Source of the DNA: Auanema rhodensis
Taxonomy: Eukaryota; Animalia; Nematoda
Direction of reading: 5' to 3'
Assembly: GCA_964057225.1 (NCBI GenBank)
Contig: OZ059899.1
Span: 14,074,001 to 14,138,000, forward strand
Length of the DNA: 64,000 bases
Shown in pieces: positions 1 through 19,875 of this stretch (its first letter is position 1; the number at the start of each line of letters is the position of its first letter). The position numbers were made by a program, and so were the translations under genes. The notes under the pieces are model-generated. The model was not told where the DNA came from. It was given only the letters and a program-made list of their open reading frames with translations, and searched no databases.

Positions 1-252
1 GAAGAGATCAAGCTTACAAGGTATATGGCAGGTGATTAGTCTTGTTAGTATCAAAATGAAAGATTCAAAATTTCAAAATTGAAATGTCTTTTCAAAAAAA
101 AAGAAAGAAAAGAAAGTGCATTATAAGTTCTAATCAAACTGTATCATATGGAGAAGCATGTACAATATATATTTGAAAATACATTCTAAAATAGTCTTTG
201 TACAACGAAAAACTCGATTTAGTAATTGTGGAAATAAATCTTCAGCTTCTGC

Positions 253-255
<3 letters not shown>

Positions 256-312
<57 letters not shown>
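256..312. repeat. (CT)n microsatellite
   Basis: Uninterrupted TC dinucleotide run read directly. Confidence 0.97.
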
Positions 313-317
<5 letters not shown>

Positions 318-529
318 AATATAAATATTTTATTCTATATCTCTTCTCAACTTCATCCTTTGTAATGTTCTATTAGCCGATGCAATTATCAGAGACACTG
401 TCAAATCCCAAAAAAATGATGAAAAAGTTAATCTGGTCGATGTGTAACGGTAGAAGAACATCAATGCCATTCAGATATATACGACAGAATGTTGCTGTTG
501 CTGATAGGGACAATGATGGCCATGGTGTT

Positions 530-575
530 GGTTGGTGGTGGTGATGATCACGATGATGATGATGATGATGATGGT
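530..575. repeat. (GGT)n/(GAT)n trinucleotide microsatellite
   Basis: ggtggtggt followed by gatgatgat...; source of the poly-His/poly-Asp ORFs in the track. Confidence 0.9.
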
Positions 576-3500
576 GTGGAATTTGTATCCAAAACATCTG
601 ATACAAACAACCTAAGTTTCATTCAGTGTAATGAACGATATAAGATAATTGGTCAGCAGATGAAGAGAGGGACAAAGAGTGCGAAACAAGGAGAGACAGT
701 ACGTCTTCTAGACTGTCTAAATAGAATATCAGGAGAATTCGATGGAAAAATGAATGAGCTGGAGCGGGGAAATTGGCATTTTCGATTCGAAAAGCATTTT
801 CTGTAAAAATTTTGTGGATGAAAAGAATGAAGGTGAAACAGCAGACGACGGCTTATCATATTCATATAGTTAGCTGATACTAAGCACTAAGGCTGGAATT
901 TGAAATCAGCTTGATATCAATGATGCCGACAAATTTGAAAATAGCCTGATATAGCTAAGCAAACTATTCAGGGAATTTCGAGATAAATCGAGAAGGGAGA
1001 AAGGAATATACGAGGAAGATGGGATGATGATGAATATGATGATGAAGAAAGAAGCCGATTGCATAGGTGAGATCAAGTGAGATGATGAAGAGAAGAAAGA
1101 TTAATTGATGGATTGGCTTAATATCTGAATAACAATCAACCAAAATCCTAATTAAGATGATTAAATATTCAGAGAATTAAGCATTTGAAAAAAAAATTCA
1201 TCAGAAAAAGAATTTTGCAACGAAATTCATATGGTAGTATCTAAAGTCACTACTTTCATTTAAATCTGATGAAGACATTCCTTCACATTCGTTTTTACAT
1301 ATGTGAATTCATATTAGAATTACGACAAAAATGATGTTGAAGCAGGATGAAAAACATGGAAATCGGAAAAACCGTCCGAGAATTCCGGACTCTTTGTCTA
1401 AGCAGTGTTCAAGCGTGGGTGTTTCAGCGAGATGAAACGCAAAACATGTGTTCGAAGACGGCAACGTTGACACGAGCTCAACGAATGAGACATGGAAAAC
1501 GAAGACTTCTAGGACACTTTAAAAAAATTAATCAATGTTATAAAGTTATACGATTAACTATATGATATAGATCAAGTTAGAAAATGCGTGAATACGTACA
1601 GTTGAAGCTGTGTGAGCATTAGCGAAAATTAAAATAAGAAGAGCATTGAAAAAGTAAGTTAAAGAGAGGATGTTAAAGTAACTTTTGTGGATTATATTTT
1701 CGGATATAGATAAAGCAAAATGTAAGAAAGAAGAAAGAAGAAAACTAGAAACATCATGTAAAACTTTCTATGGACGATTGTCTCTTCGATTTATATCAAT
1801 CAAACTACTAAACTATATAGAATATACCTGATATTCTTTGCATCGTACTCAGAAAAACAACAAAAAAATAATTAAAAATGAAATCAAAACAAAATAAATA
1901 TTAATAGAAATTGAAAGACAAGATCTACTCAATAGGTTATAACATCAATGTCAGTATATAATTGTTTTGAAATTCATTTGCAAGGCAGCTACCATTTTAA
2001 TCCAATCGTTTACCCTAACCTTCCCTCTAACTATACCCATGTTTCTCTCTCTCATCTTCTCTCTTTATCTCTCTTTTTCTATATTTTCACCTAACAACCT
2101 TAATCTACATGTATGTCAAGTCTATAGAAGCCGTCAACTTTCATGCGAAGCAAAGGCGTGGCCAATATTTCTACAAATCAGAAAGAATGGCGAATATGGC
2201 TGTAGGACCGGTTCAAGCTACTCACAAGCTCATCCTTTCATGTCTCTCTCTCTCTCTTTCTTACGCTCTCTTTCTTAATATCTTCAACCTATCTTTTAGC
2301 TAAATGAAGCTCGCATTGATTAAATGATAAGATTATTAACAAAATAATCTTAGAACGACAGAATTCGTGCCAAAAAAAGTCAAAAAATACGACAAACAGA
2401 ATAAGAACAAGACGTGGTATAGCAAAAGATAATAGAGCAATTAGTGCCATCTTGAGGAGAATACCAAAGTCGAGATTTCGACTTCCAACTACCATCAGCC
2501 GTTCATGCCTCCTATCTTCTCAGAAGCAGTCTTGACAGCCGGAAATGTAAACATATGAAGCCGAGAGATAGTAGAACGTGAAGAGGGACAAGTACGTGAG
2601 ACAAGTGACGAATACAGGATTTTGTTAATTTCACTAAAGAAGATGGAAAAGTTCAGTTGAAAGGGGAAAAAAGGTTTTTCCTTCGTAATATTGAGATGAA
2701 AATTGAGAAAGAAATAAGAGAATAAGAAGGAATGAAGAAAGGTACAAAGAAAGGAAAAAAATCTTCGAGATTATGAAGGTTATAAAGTCAATGAACGAAT
2801 CTAAAATCTGATCAGAAATCAGGTTCATATCGTCAAAAGATTGTCAATGTTTCAAAAAGAAATTGTAAGAAGAATAATGAACCTAGGATAATCCAGCAAG
2901 CGAATGAGAGATAGAAAGAGAAGTTTCAAGTTCGAATATGCTAAAGTGGAGAGTGAAATCAGAAATCTCTCATCATATACATAACATCTGAAGCATTAGT
3001 CGACGATTGAGCATTAGTCCAGTGCTTAGTTACTGATGGCTAGTATCAATTCTCTGATGTCTTGCCTAGGAGCAGTAGCCACTGGGTTTGAAAGAGGGAG
3101 AGCTCTCTAAGCTATCAAAGTGATTTGAGATGAAGAGAAAAGGGAAAAATCATTATAGAGAACTGGATACAATGTAATAGTAAGAGGATTAGATAGATGA
3201 AGAAAGGACAAAGAATAGGTGGTAAGAAGACGAGACACAACACAAAACAACAGCTGACAGTAGATGAAGATGTGGCGGATTTAGCTTGGAAGAACTGCTA
3301 GACAGCCGTAAGATAAGCAGAGTAAAAATATAAAAGAAGAAGAAAAGAGAAAGAAAGAGAGAGAGAGAAATGGAGCAAGTGAGTGAGTAATGTTAACGAG
3401 ATCAGAACACCTCCATTTACCTCCAACACCCACAACAGATTATCTGATTCATAGTCATTTTCAATTTTTTAATTCAATAAAAACAAAGTTTAATATAAGA

Positions 3501-5970
3501 TTTTGATAGCTTTTATCAGTAAAATACGATTTTGATAGATTTGATGAGTAAAATACACATTTGCTTCTGCCAGGAACGAAGATAACAAAACTTCTTAATA
3601 AAATATATTTATGGCATGTATATAGTGATAAGGAATTCGTTCTAATTAGTCAAGTGTTAATCGTCCTACATCAAGGTAAGCCATTTGAACGATTCTCACG
3701 CCTAATCGACGTGAAAATGTGCGGCCGCTCTTTGACGTCATACACGTCAGAACATGAAATCATTTTAAAGTTATAGGCAGATGTGGTCCGGTTGTATGAA
3801 ATCAAGATTATTATTCTCAAATTCATTTAATAATTTTTATTTTTACAGTTAAATATGGAGAAGGAAGAGAAGAAGAGTATCCCCTCCTCTCTTCCCACAA
3901 TAATTGAGTGCAAATGGAGGAGGATGATAATAATGATCAGAAATCAATATTCTTCGTCAAACGTCTCAAGTAACAACTTAAAAATTCTAAAATCAACAGA
4001 TTCTTTTGATCGTTACGAGATATCACGTATATATACATATATTACATAGTTAACAGTTTTTTTTATTTCAATAAACTAAATCACAATGGCAATTATAAAG
4101 ATTTTAAGAAGAAAACCGTTAACTATATATTATAAAACTTGAATTTTTATGAAAATAATAATAAAAAATAAGAGAGAATTGAAGTTTAAACCAATGATAT
4201 AGTGTATAGAATGGAATGGAATGCATAAGATGGACTGGCAACAGTTGAGTTTAGGTCATAAATCGACGGCAATATTGAAGAAAAGATGAGAAGAAGTAAC
4301 AGGCTAAGCCACGATTGAGATTTTGCAACACGAAAATGAGAAAAAAAATGATTTTCGTTTACTTTGACACAAAAAAAGCAAGAAATATGATGAGAAACTT
4401 GAAACTGAAATTTCCAGAAATTAATCTATTTTTACACAAAAAATAAGATTTTAAAGCAAAAGACAGAACCAATGCTTCAGAATTATGGCTTCTATTAGAG
4501 TGAAGTGATGAAGTTAGAGGTCGATTGTTAAAAAAATCTGGAAAAATGAGTAAACCGGAATACTGGGCTTGATCTTCAATAGAAAAGATTTTGCAATGTT
4601 ATATTATGAAATGATCAAAGAAAGTAGAGATATGTGGAAGCTTCACGAAGATTCATGGCAATGATCAGAGTGACGAGATTGAGAATGAGAGAAATACGAA
4701 AGATTCTTCTAACAAATGCAGGATGAGTGAGAGGGAGAGAACAAAAGTCATGCTACAACGAACTTTCCAAGATATCGAGGGAGCCGGTTCGTTCACGGAC
4801 GTGGCATACTTGCTCCTTGCTCTTTTCAGTTTTTATGTTTCCATATTATCCTCACTGTCTCTGTATCTCACTGTTCTCTCTCTTTCTCAATTTCTCTCAA
4901 TATCGTTAATCTCTCTTTTTTTTTCCTTTTCTTCGCCTATGTTTCAGCTTTCACGACGTTGGCGTGATCGCGCGAACGATTGCGAGCAGGGAGAGTAGAA
5001 GAAGATGACGACGTCGAGGAGGCATCTGCAAACAAACTCAAATCGCAGCCATCCTAACTCGACTGCGTTTATCGTTTTTCTGCTCTCTCACTGTTTCTCC
5101 AAATGATATGTTCATCATTAAACGGATATAGACGATATGCGATGTAAAAATTTGTGGATACCGGTAGTTCAGTAGAATCACAGCTACCCAGACACACACG
5201 CATACACTTACACACACAGAGACATAAACACACACACACATACGCATAAATGCACTGAGAAATACAAACAAGACAACTTTGAATGTTATACAATCAACTA
5301 GAAGTCATGTAGATCCAGCAATTAAGCAAAGTAATACGGCAAAAAAGACCCCATTTGAGGAAAAATCCCATTCAGTTGACATGGACCGCTAAGTTAGTTG
5401 GCTAGAAGAGCGAAAAGTAGGCCCCACAAATCTTAAAAGTAAATGACCAGTAATACCACATACAATTTAAAAAAGGCTTTATATTTCCAAACGAAAAACA
5501 ATAATAAGAGAAGCTTTAAAGAAATAAAATAGAAAAATAAATTAGTTTTAAAGAAGAAATATTATGAAAAATAAGTAACAAACGTAAATGATTTCTTAGT
5601 CTTAAAAGGATAATTAAAATTAAAATAAATCTAAAACTATCCAATTAATTGGGTTTAGTACGAAGAAAAGTTTTTCTATTATTCTGAAGAAGCTTGAGAA
5701 GGATGTGCATAGAATACGAGATCATTTCCAAAATATAACCAGCTTATACGCATGTTGTAAGTACCTTCAGCCGCTTGGTCATTAACCAGAGAAAGGTGTG
5801 AGGAACAAGATTCAGAAGATAATTAGTGTGGACTGGTGGCGGCTTCTATTGCAAACGGCAAAGGTGGACGGGAAATTTGAATTGTTACGGCGACTGGCCA
5901 TATTGGTAATAACCATTTCTTAGAAAGGCATCCCGAGAAGCAGCAAATGAAATGGGCAGAAGGAGTGAGT

Positions 5971-5971
<1 letters not shown>

Positions 5972-6028
<57 letters not shown>

Positions 6029-6030
6029 GG
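5972..6030. repeat. compound (TG)n(GA)n microsatellite
   Basis: Direct reading. Confidence 0.95.
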
Positions 6031-6752
6031 GAGAGCCAATTATTCATGATGCATTTAGGCATATATGACGCTAAATATCGAAATGTGAATACAGAAGAAA
6101 CATCACGTAAGAATAATAACCTGAAGCACGGAACGGCTGAGGAAAAACCGGACAGTCAGAGAAAGGAGAACAGAGTAAGCTCGTCTTCATGTTGAAACTA
6201 ATGATTGAATACAATCTTTCAACTTTTTCTCAAACTTCAATCTTTTATCGAAATCAGTAAAAAAAACTTTGAAGAATCAATTCAGTTGAGTAGCAGAACT
6301 AATGAAATGTAAAAATGGTTGGAGGTGGGAAGGCTAGCAGCCCAGATAGAGAACGTCAACACAACCAGAAACAAGAACGCAGTCAATGTGGCCGGAGATG
6401 ATGACAACCAGGCACGTCTTCAGTACCCACACAATATTTTTTCTTTCTTTTTTTTAAACATTCGAAGGTTAATACAAATCACATTCTCCTTTTACATGTT
6501 GAAGCATTTCACATTGACTCCGTTAAAGCACAAAAGCAACAGCAGCATCAGGATTCTTTTCAACGTAAATATACTCTTATAGCAAGGAAGACTGGCTTTC
6601 CATCCATTTTTCTTTTTTGCCTTCACTTTTCCTCGTCTTCCTTTTCTATATAAAGAAAAAAGGAGCGAAAAAATATATGAAATGCCGTGTATGACGATGT
6701 AGATACAGATGAAATGGAGATGCTCGCGAAGACAATACCTTCGTCGTTCTCG

Positions 6753-6753
6753 T

Positions 6754-6790
<37 letters not shown>
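6753..6790. repeat. poly-C plus (CT)n microsatellite
   Basis: Direct reading. Confidence 0.9.
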
Positions 6791-6793
<3 letters not shown>

Positions 6794-9700
6794 TATTCAA
6801 TATTCTTTCGCCTTCTCCTCTTTCAGGTTACCTATGAAGACTATGAAGCCGAGAAAACCCAACTTTCTCGCCACTTTTCTCTGAATACAGCTAATGGAGA
6901 CGACGGAACATGAAGCCGTACATGAGTTGTCATGTTTTCATTAGAACATTAAGAAACATTCATGTCGTGTAAACAGGTCAGATGGACATAAAACGAGCAT
7001 CCAAGTCGAGTATACCAAAATACATTTTCATTTAAAATTTTGTTTTAGTGGCATTCATGTCTTCAAATAGTAGTAATGATGTAAAAATCATAAAATTATA
7101 TTGAAAAGCAAAATCAATGAGATGGGCTGCACACACGCTGGCATGAACTTCATATTCTTGATCATCGAAGTGGTTTTCCAAAACTTTTTGACACAAAAAC
7201 CAAAAGAAAGGCAAATTTCATGCGAAAACTTACAGATTATCGAAAACGACAACAACGAGAAAGGTTTGGACGAAGAAAAAAGTGTGCGTACACACACGCT
7301 TTAGGAAAACCTAAATATGATGCGAACGCAGAAGATGAACAGACGGCTATCCTATCAGAATCTGCACTCAACATGAATACAGCTGACACAGCAACATTAG
7401 CAACAGAATAGACAAAGTAACTGAATATGAAATTGATGAGGAAAGCTGACGTTGAAATACACATAAAGATGAGCCATTAGTCATGAAGGAAGAACAGGTA
7501 GGGGAATTAGAATTCATAAACTGACTGATCAGCTAACAACATGAAAGTTAGGCTTCTGAATCTGTGTGAACGACAAACTTTAAAATAATCTCTCTCTTTA
7601 GAGCTTTGAGATAGAGAGGAGAAGGAAGAGGGAGAGAGAGAAAAGGTGAGAAAGAGGGAGATGGGGAGAGAGGACGAGACAGACCCAACTAACTACACGG
7701 CATTTTGAAGACAAATCAAACAAACATTTTCTAACAAACAGGCTTCATTAATGAGAATCAGGAGACCTGTAGTAGCCAATAGGCTGTTTCAGGCAGTAAG
7801 ACATCGTTGGGATTCTGATTCTCAGCTAATTCAACGCAAGTACGTATCTTATACCCATTATGATTGCAATACCTTTATATGTAATAGAGTTAAATACAAG
7901 ATATAGCGATAGAATTAGATCAAAGTGTAATTTGAATGACACTTTTTTCGCCGTCAAAACCTATAAAAAGCGGAAAAGACGAAGTCAGGTCCTTGTCGTC
8001 AGCACAATCAGCTAATGCTACCATCCTCGTCATTATTATCTTTATCGTATAGAAGACGATAGGTGAATGTAAAACAAAGAAGAATTGGTAAAATGATGAC
8101 TAAGCCGGCTACTAAGTACCTAGCTGCCTGCCTGACTGCCTGCCTGCCTGCATAACTGCATTGCTGAACGTCGTCAATCTTAAACAATAGTCTTCCGGTA
8201 GCTATCCGGAAGGTTGGACGGCCGACGTCCTAACTGCTGACGACACGTATTTGTTTGCTTGTATTTCATACATACATGCATACATGCACGTTGTTGTCAT
8301 CGTATGAGTGCGATTCGAAATGTTACGGCTTTCGATGTTGATGGAAGACGAAGACTGAAGACTGAAGAGGAGAGAAAACGAGATCACAAAGAGTCTGAAA
8401 CCATTCAGCTATTGCAGTTGAATGCCCGAAAGCAATAGCAATCAACTGGAGAATGCCGAAGAGCAAAGTAAAGAGAGAATTGGTGAGGATCGTCTGATCA
8501 GGAGACGAAGCCGACACGTTGTTTCCGCTGCGAATAGAAGCCGATTACAGAAAGAACAACTAAGCCGATTAACACTTCTTCAGTTCGTTCAAACATTTTA
8601 AGTATTTAGAAACAAGGTGCCAAGTGCTGAGATTTCATCTCATACAGGACAGACAATAACTTGTTCGATTAGTTATCCGGCTCGTTGAACAAACGGATGA
8701 TTACTTAACTATAGAAAAAGCTCAGATGGTGATGTAACTGGGAAAAAAAAGAAAAACTTCAGAAATTTCCACTAAAACATGAGGACAAAAAACTAGAAAA
8801 GCTAACAATATAATCATTATGAGTGTATTTCACACTTTCCTTTGAATGGAATTCTTAGCAGTGCAAGCTTCCAGATGACGTTGTTCAAACAAAAGTATCT
8901 CAGGCCAAAGGGGAGAAAAGCATATAAACACTTTCTGATGGCAGATTCAGATATGTGTAAACCAAGAGCATGAAATTATGAATATACTAGAAGCAATGAT
9001 CATTGCGTGCGCGTAATACAAAGACTATCTCAGATATAGGAGAGGTAGAATTCAAGTGTAAACCTGTGTGACAAGTGGACGAGATAGAGGGATCTGTTGA
9101 ATAGATGGATAGCAAAGACTTTTATTGAAAATCGCCAAGAACTAATATGGAAAGACAATTGAATGAATTGTACTCAGATGGATAGAAGACAGGTGGAGTC
9201 AGATGTCGCCCGTTAAACAAGAAGAGGAAGAAGAGGAGGTAAGAAGAAGATAAAGGCAGAGTAAGAGATACAGACGAGGGAGAAAAGAAGAAGAAAGACG
9301 AGCAATGAGGTGTTCGTGCTATTGAAGGTCATGAAAATAGCAAAAAAGAAGACGGCATGACGACAAACATAGGAGAGTTCATTGGGATAATGAGAACAGC
9401 TGGATAAAAGGACGAATATTAGGCAGGTGAAGTCAAACTTAGATGGTCATGCAAATGAGAAAACTGATATTATGCCATAAAAAATAACCAAAAACCTAAA
9501 AAACAACCATTAAACATGAGATTATAAGCCAGAATGCACCAAGTGTAAAGTCATTAAATTGAAATCTGCGTGAAAAACGTGTAAATGTTATAACACGCGT
9601 TATCGTTTCATTTTGAATTTACAATTCAAATTGAACAGTCGCATTCCAGCATTCAGCTTTGTTTACAAGATAACAGGCAATTTTTGATTGTAAAAGAATA

Positions 9701-9887
9701 ATCAATAACATAAAATTAATTTCATTGCTCTTAAATAAAAAAAAGTTTTTTTTTGTATCAATAACTTTAGAAAATAAAAAAAAATTAATGAGATATATGA
9801 TGCAAACGGATAAAAAAGGTTTTATTAATGACTGGATGTAGTATATACTATGTAGGTTAGTAATGTGCTTTTGATCTACATGTATGT

Positions 9888-9940
9888 AGTTGTTGTTGAT
9901 GATGACGACAACGATGTTGATGATGATGATGATGATGATG
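9888..9940. repeat. (GTT)n/(GAT)n microsatellite
   Basis: Direct reading. Confidence 0.85.
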
Positions 9941-10141
9941 CTGGCAAGTTAAACCAGGATTCTCGGTGGAGAAGATGAACAAAAATAATAAAAAAATAGC
10001 AGACCAGGAACACAGTTTTTATGGAGAATGAGAGAAACAGAAAAAAAGAAACAAACTGTGGAAGTGAATGTGTGTAAGTGTGATGGAGCAGACGATGAGA
10101 AGATAAGTGGCGAGTGGAAGTGGAATGAAAGAAGAACAAAC

Positions 10142-10231
10142 CTTATTTAGAAAATGGATAGACACTATCTTTGTTGAACAAGCCATCTGATGCAGATGAA
10201 TATACAGCCAGATGAGAGCAAATAGCTTCAT
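10142..10231 (-). CDS. Candidate 5' coding exon of a large-intron gene running off the left edge (MKLFALIWLYIHLHQMACSTKIVSIHFLNK, signal-peptide-like); product unknown
   Basis: Minus strand: aaatag|ATG ... AAT AAG|gtttgt; 90 nt, and only the ATG frame is open. Possible upstream mini-exon near 10661-10686 (tttcag...CTG|gttatg). No downstream exon identified with confidence. Confidence 0.35.
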
Positions 10232-11646
10232 CTATTTTTAATCTTTTGTCCCTTCGATGACAAGTTTGTAAGAAAATGTTTCATAAAAGCAACAATTTTC
10301 ACATATTTTTATTAGATAAGCATGTATAATATTAATAAAATGTTGTTTTTCGTTTGTTTAAGTAAAATAGATTGTCACCTTTTCAAACTTTTATGTTTTA
10401 GATTGTTGATTCTTAACCTTCATGCTTTAAGGTGTTAAACACAATTACATATAGCATTCAAAGCTACCAAAGATTGGATTAAGTTTTTTTTTTTCAAATA
10501 AACAAAGGTTAAAGACTGTGGTTTTGTAGGATGAGAGGAAATTCAAAAACAAAACTAGAATTTAGACAAAATAATTCTGAAAACCACGTAATGAACTGTG
10601 TGAGATGACAGTTTCGAATTAATGGCGAGATCGTACCAATTATAGAGAACTGAACATAACCAGTGGGCCACCTTCTAGAATATTTTCTGAAAACGAGACA
10701 TCGTTTTTAGCATTTCACCACTTTCTCTTTCAATTCAGAATTCATACTCATATAATAGTGGCACAGAAGTAAAGTTTTCTCAGTGAATACGGTTGAATTA
10801 TTTAAAAACAGAACAACAGTCTGCTTGTTTGCACATGTTGCAAACAAGAAAAATGTACAGGAAGTCTATTAAAGGTTGAAACATACATCAGTTTCTTTTA
10901 AATAATTTCAAATAAAAATAAGAAAAAAAACTTTTTATAACTAATCTCTGTACAATCAAATAAAAATTGTAAAAAAATCGTAAGGTACAAAGGAGGATAT
11001 ATCCTACAGAATGTGAAGAAAGTGTCTACCTAAGACAAGCACTTGACGGGACGAGTCAGACAACCTGAATCCAAATATGGACAAATGGACATTAGCATAG
11101 TAAGGTGGTAGGTACACCTGCTCATCACAGTCTTTGCTTCTGCTCTTAAGGTAAACATCCTCTCATAGTTTGTGGTGCCCCCCACCGAAACCAGCTCATC
11201 AAGACAACACATCTACGCCCATCACCATCTACCCTATCTAGTAGCCTAGTTAGTATTATAATTTGCATCACCGCCATCATTCGTCTTGTATGTGTTAAAA
11301 GGAACGAAGTTTAAAAACTAAAAAGTTTATATAGCTGTACAAGCTGAACCACAGATAAAGAGTTTTGCATGGAACATAGAAAATATCACTAAAGATAGGT
11401 CAGAAGTAAGAAAATATCCACCTATTATTTTTTTTTACAAACAGGAATGTTTTATGATCACCGAAATAAAAAAAAATTCGACATCACATTAGTAGAAAGG
11501 TTGATATATTATATATTTGAACTATAAATTTCCTTTGACTAAAAAACTAATGAGCAGGTTAACCTACTTCTAGTGACTAATAGTGAATGGGGAAGATATA
11601 TTTGGCAATGTTAAATAAGGCCGAAACATGCCGTCCATTACAGCAT

Positions 11647-13111
11647 TTACAGAATTGGGATGTAGTTATCAATCTTAGTACGGTGTCGCTGGGAGATGCA
11701 TTCAGCAATCCAGATGATGTTTCTGTAATAAGTAAAATTATTAAAAAAAAAAAATTTTTTTAATTACCTCATCTCTTGCTCCTTGAGTTTAATGAAAGCA
11801 TAGAAAACTCCGAAGTGGAACTGGTGGAGGTAAGATTGAACGTTCAATTTTACCTGAAAATTAGGTTCTAATGAATGGCAACAATACGGGAAAACATACC
11901 TCATGCTCGAAGAATTTATCTTCAAGAGTTTTTTCTCCAGCGATGTTGCTTCCAGTTCCTTCGAAAAGTGGCTTATAATCAGCATAGTATTCGCAAACTT
12001 GCTTGACCTGATCGTAATCGTCAGCACGAGCAAGGCCAGAAAGTCCTGAATTAAAATAAACAATAAACAATAATCGTGAACAATATCTTACCTTCTGGGT
12101 AGAGTTTTCCACAACGTGGGTAAAGTTTCTCCCTATCATCCTTGCTCAACTCAGTGTCGAAAGAGTTGATGGTGATGATAACTGAACGACGATCAGCCTC
12201 GAACTGAATGGGAAAAAATATTAAAAGTGAAATTAATAAAAATACTTACGGCAAGAATCTCGCACATGACCTCGGCGGTCTTTCCTCCCAACTTTTGGCA
12301 GAACTTGAAGAAATCTTCGATGTAAGCCTTGTACAAAGTATTTCTAATAAGCTCAACATTCATCTCGTCAAGATCTTGCTCATTGATGCAGTCAACGAAG
12401 TAATTGGCTAAAAAGGAGAAAATGCTCTCAGGATAAGAAAAAATACAAACCGAGTGGGGTGTCGACAAGTACGGCATTGTAAAGTTCAGCTGGAGTAGAA
12501 GCAATATGGATAGCTTCCATTTGTTCGAAAGATCCTACAACATATAATGTTAATATTAACTTTACTCTTTATATTCTAACCCAATGGGTGACATTTGCTG
12601 ATCAGTTCACTAATTGGCCGCTGATGAAGTGTACCAGTGATAAGAAGAATAATATTATCGATCATGTAAGAGTAACTGAAAAGATAAAAAACCAAATTTT
12701 ATAAAAAAAACCTTAAAAGGCATACGTGATATAATCCAAGAACGTAGCAAGAGGTTCAATAGCATTGTTACGCAAATGAGTAAACTCTGTAACAAGCTTC
12801 TCCTTCAAGCGCTCATCAATTACTTGAACCTAGAAAAAACATATTTAATCAATTTGCATAAAAATTAAAACTTACAGTAATAGCACCAGGCTCGTTAGCC
12901 AAAAAGTTACCGTAGTCAGTGGATTGAATGTGAAGTTTAAGATCTATAATGAAAACACAACAGTTAAAAAAGATAAAAAAATATGAAAACCTTCTAAGGT
13001 TTCACACTGAACCAAGTTAGCATAATCTGATTGAGTCAGAAGTCCGCATTTGAATCCTCTGATAAGGGCTTCAAGGTATCCGTGATCAATGTTGAAAAAG
13101 AACTCACCCAT
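11647..13111 (-). CDS. vha-16: V-type H+-ATPase V0 subunit d (about 10 exons)
   Basis: Spliced translation [40 protein letters not shown]...[24 protein letters not shown]...[12 protein letters not shown]...[23 protein letters not shown], typical of ATP6V0D. Confidence 0.97.
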
Positions 13112-13496
13112 GTTTGTTTGATACCCTGGAAAAATTACTTATAATTTGGATTTTTACGAACTTATTTAGTAAAAAGAAAAAATGTATAATAATTTTAGCT
13201 ACTAAATTAAAATTTATAGTAATTCATATAGAAAATGAACAAATTGGAATGAAAATATTAGAGAACACAACGAGCAAAGAACAATTTTCATTGTCTTTTT
13301 ATGAGAGTTTTCAGGTAAAATGGAAGTTTAGAAGAGAGATAGGTTGTATATTGGTCAATGCTTTTATTCTGTACGCTGCACATGCCCGTAAGGTAGAAAA
13401 CTTGGTAAAAATTACAAAATTATGCTAAAATTCAGTAAAAGAGCGCAGTGGCCGAAAGATCGATCGGTGGTCTTTTGCGAATCCTGATGCAGGGTA

Positions 13497-13512
13497 GCGC
13501 GCGAAATTCAAA
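13497..13512 (+). promoter_or_regulatory. E2F(CDE)-like plus CHR-like composite element (GCGCGCGAAATTCAAA) in the divergent vha-16/kin-32 promoter
   Basis: GCGCGAAA followed by TTCAAA (TTYRAA) within a GC-rich ~500 bp intergenic region; resembles DREAM/DRM-binding motifs. Confidence 0.45.
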
Positions 13513-13616
13513 CTGGGTATTAGCTCCGCCCCTCTGTTGGCCGACAACTGCAGCCTTGTCTACGAGACTGGGAAAGCCGGTGTGAGGCATACCAGGCTTG
13601 AAGGTTCAATGACGTC

Positions 13617-19875
<6,259 letters not shown>

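Noticed and set aside
373-806. Poly-His and poly-Asp ORFs (373-606, 489-806)
   Set aside because: Produced by a (GAT)n microsatellite; no splice structure or recognisable domain.
5823-6884. ORFs with RERERE/SLSLSL runs
   Set aside because: Translations of (GA)n/(CT)n microsatellites.
13441-13520. tRNA-like start (GAGCGCAGTGGCCGAAAG)
   Set aside because: No B box (GTTCRA) at the right spacing and no acceptor stem; better explained as a GC-rich promoter.
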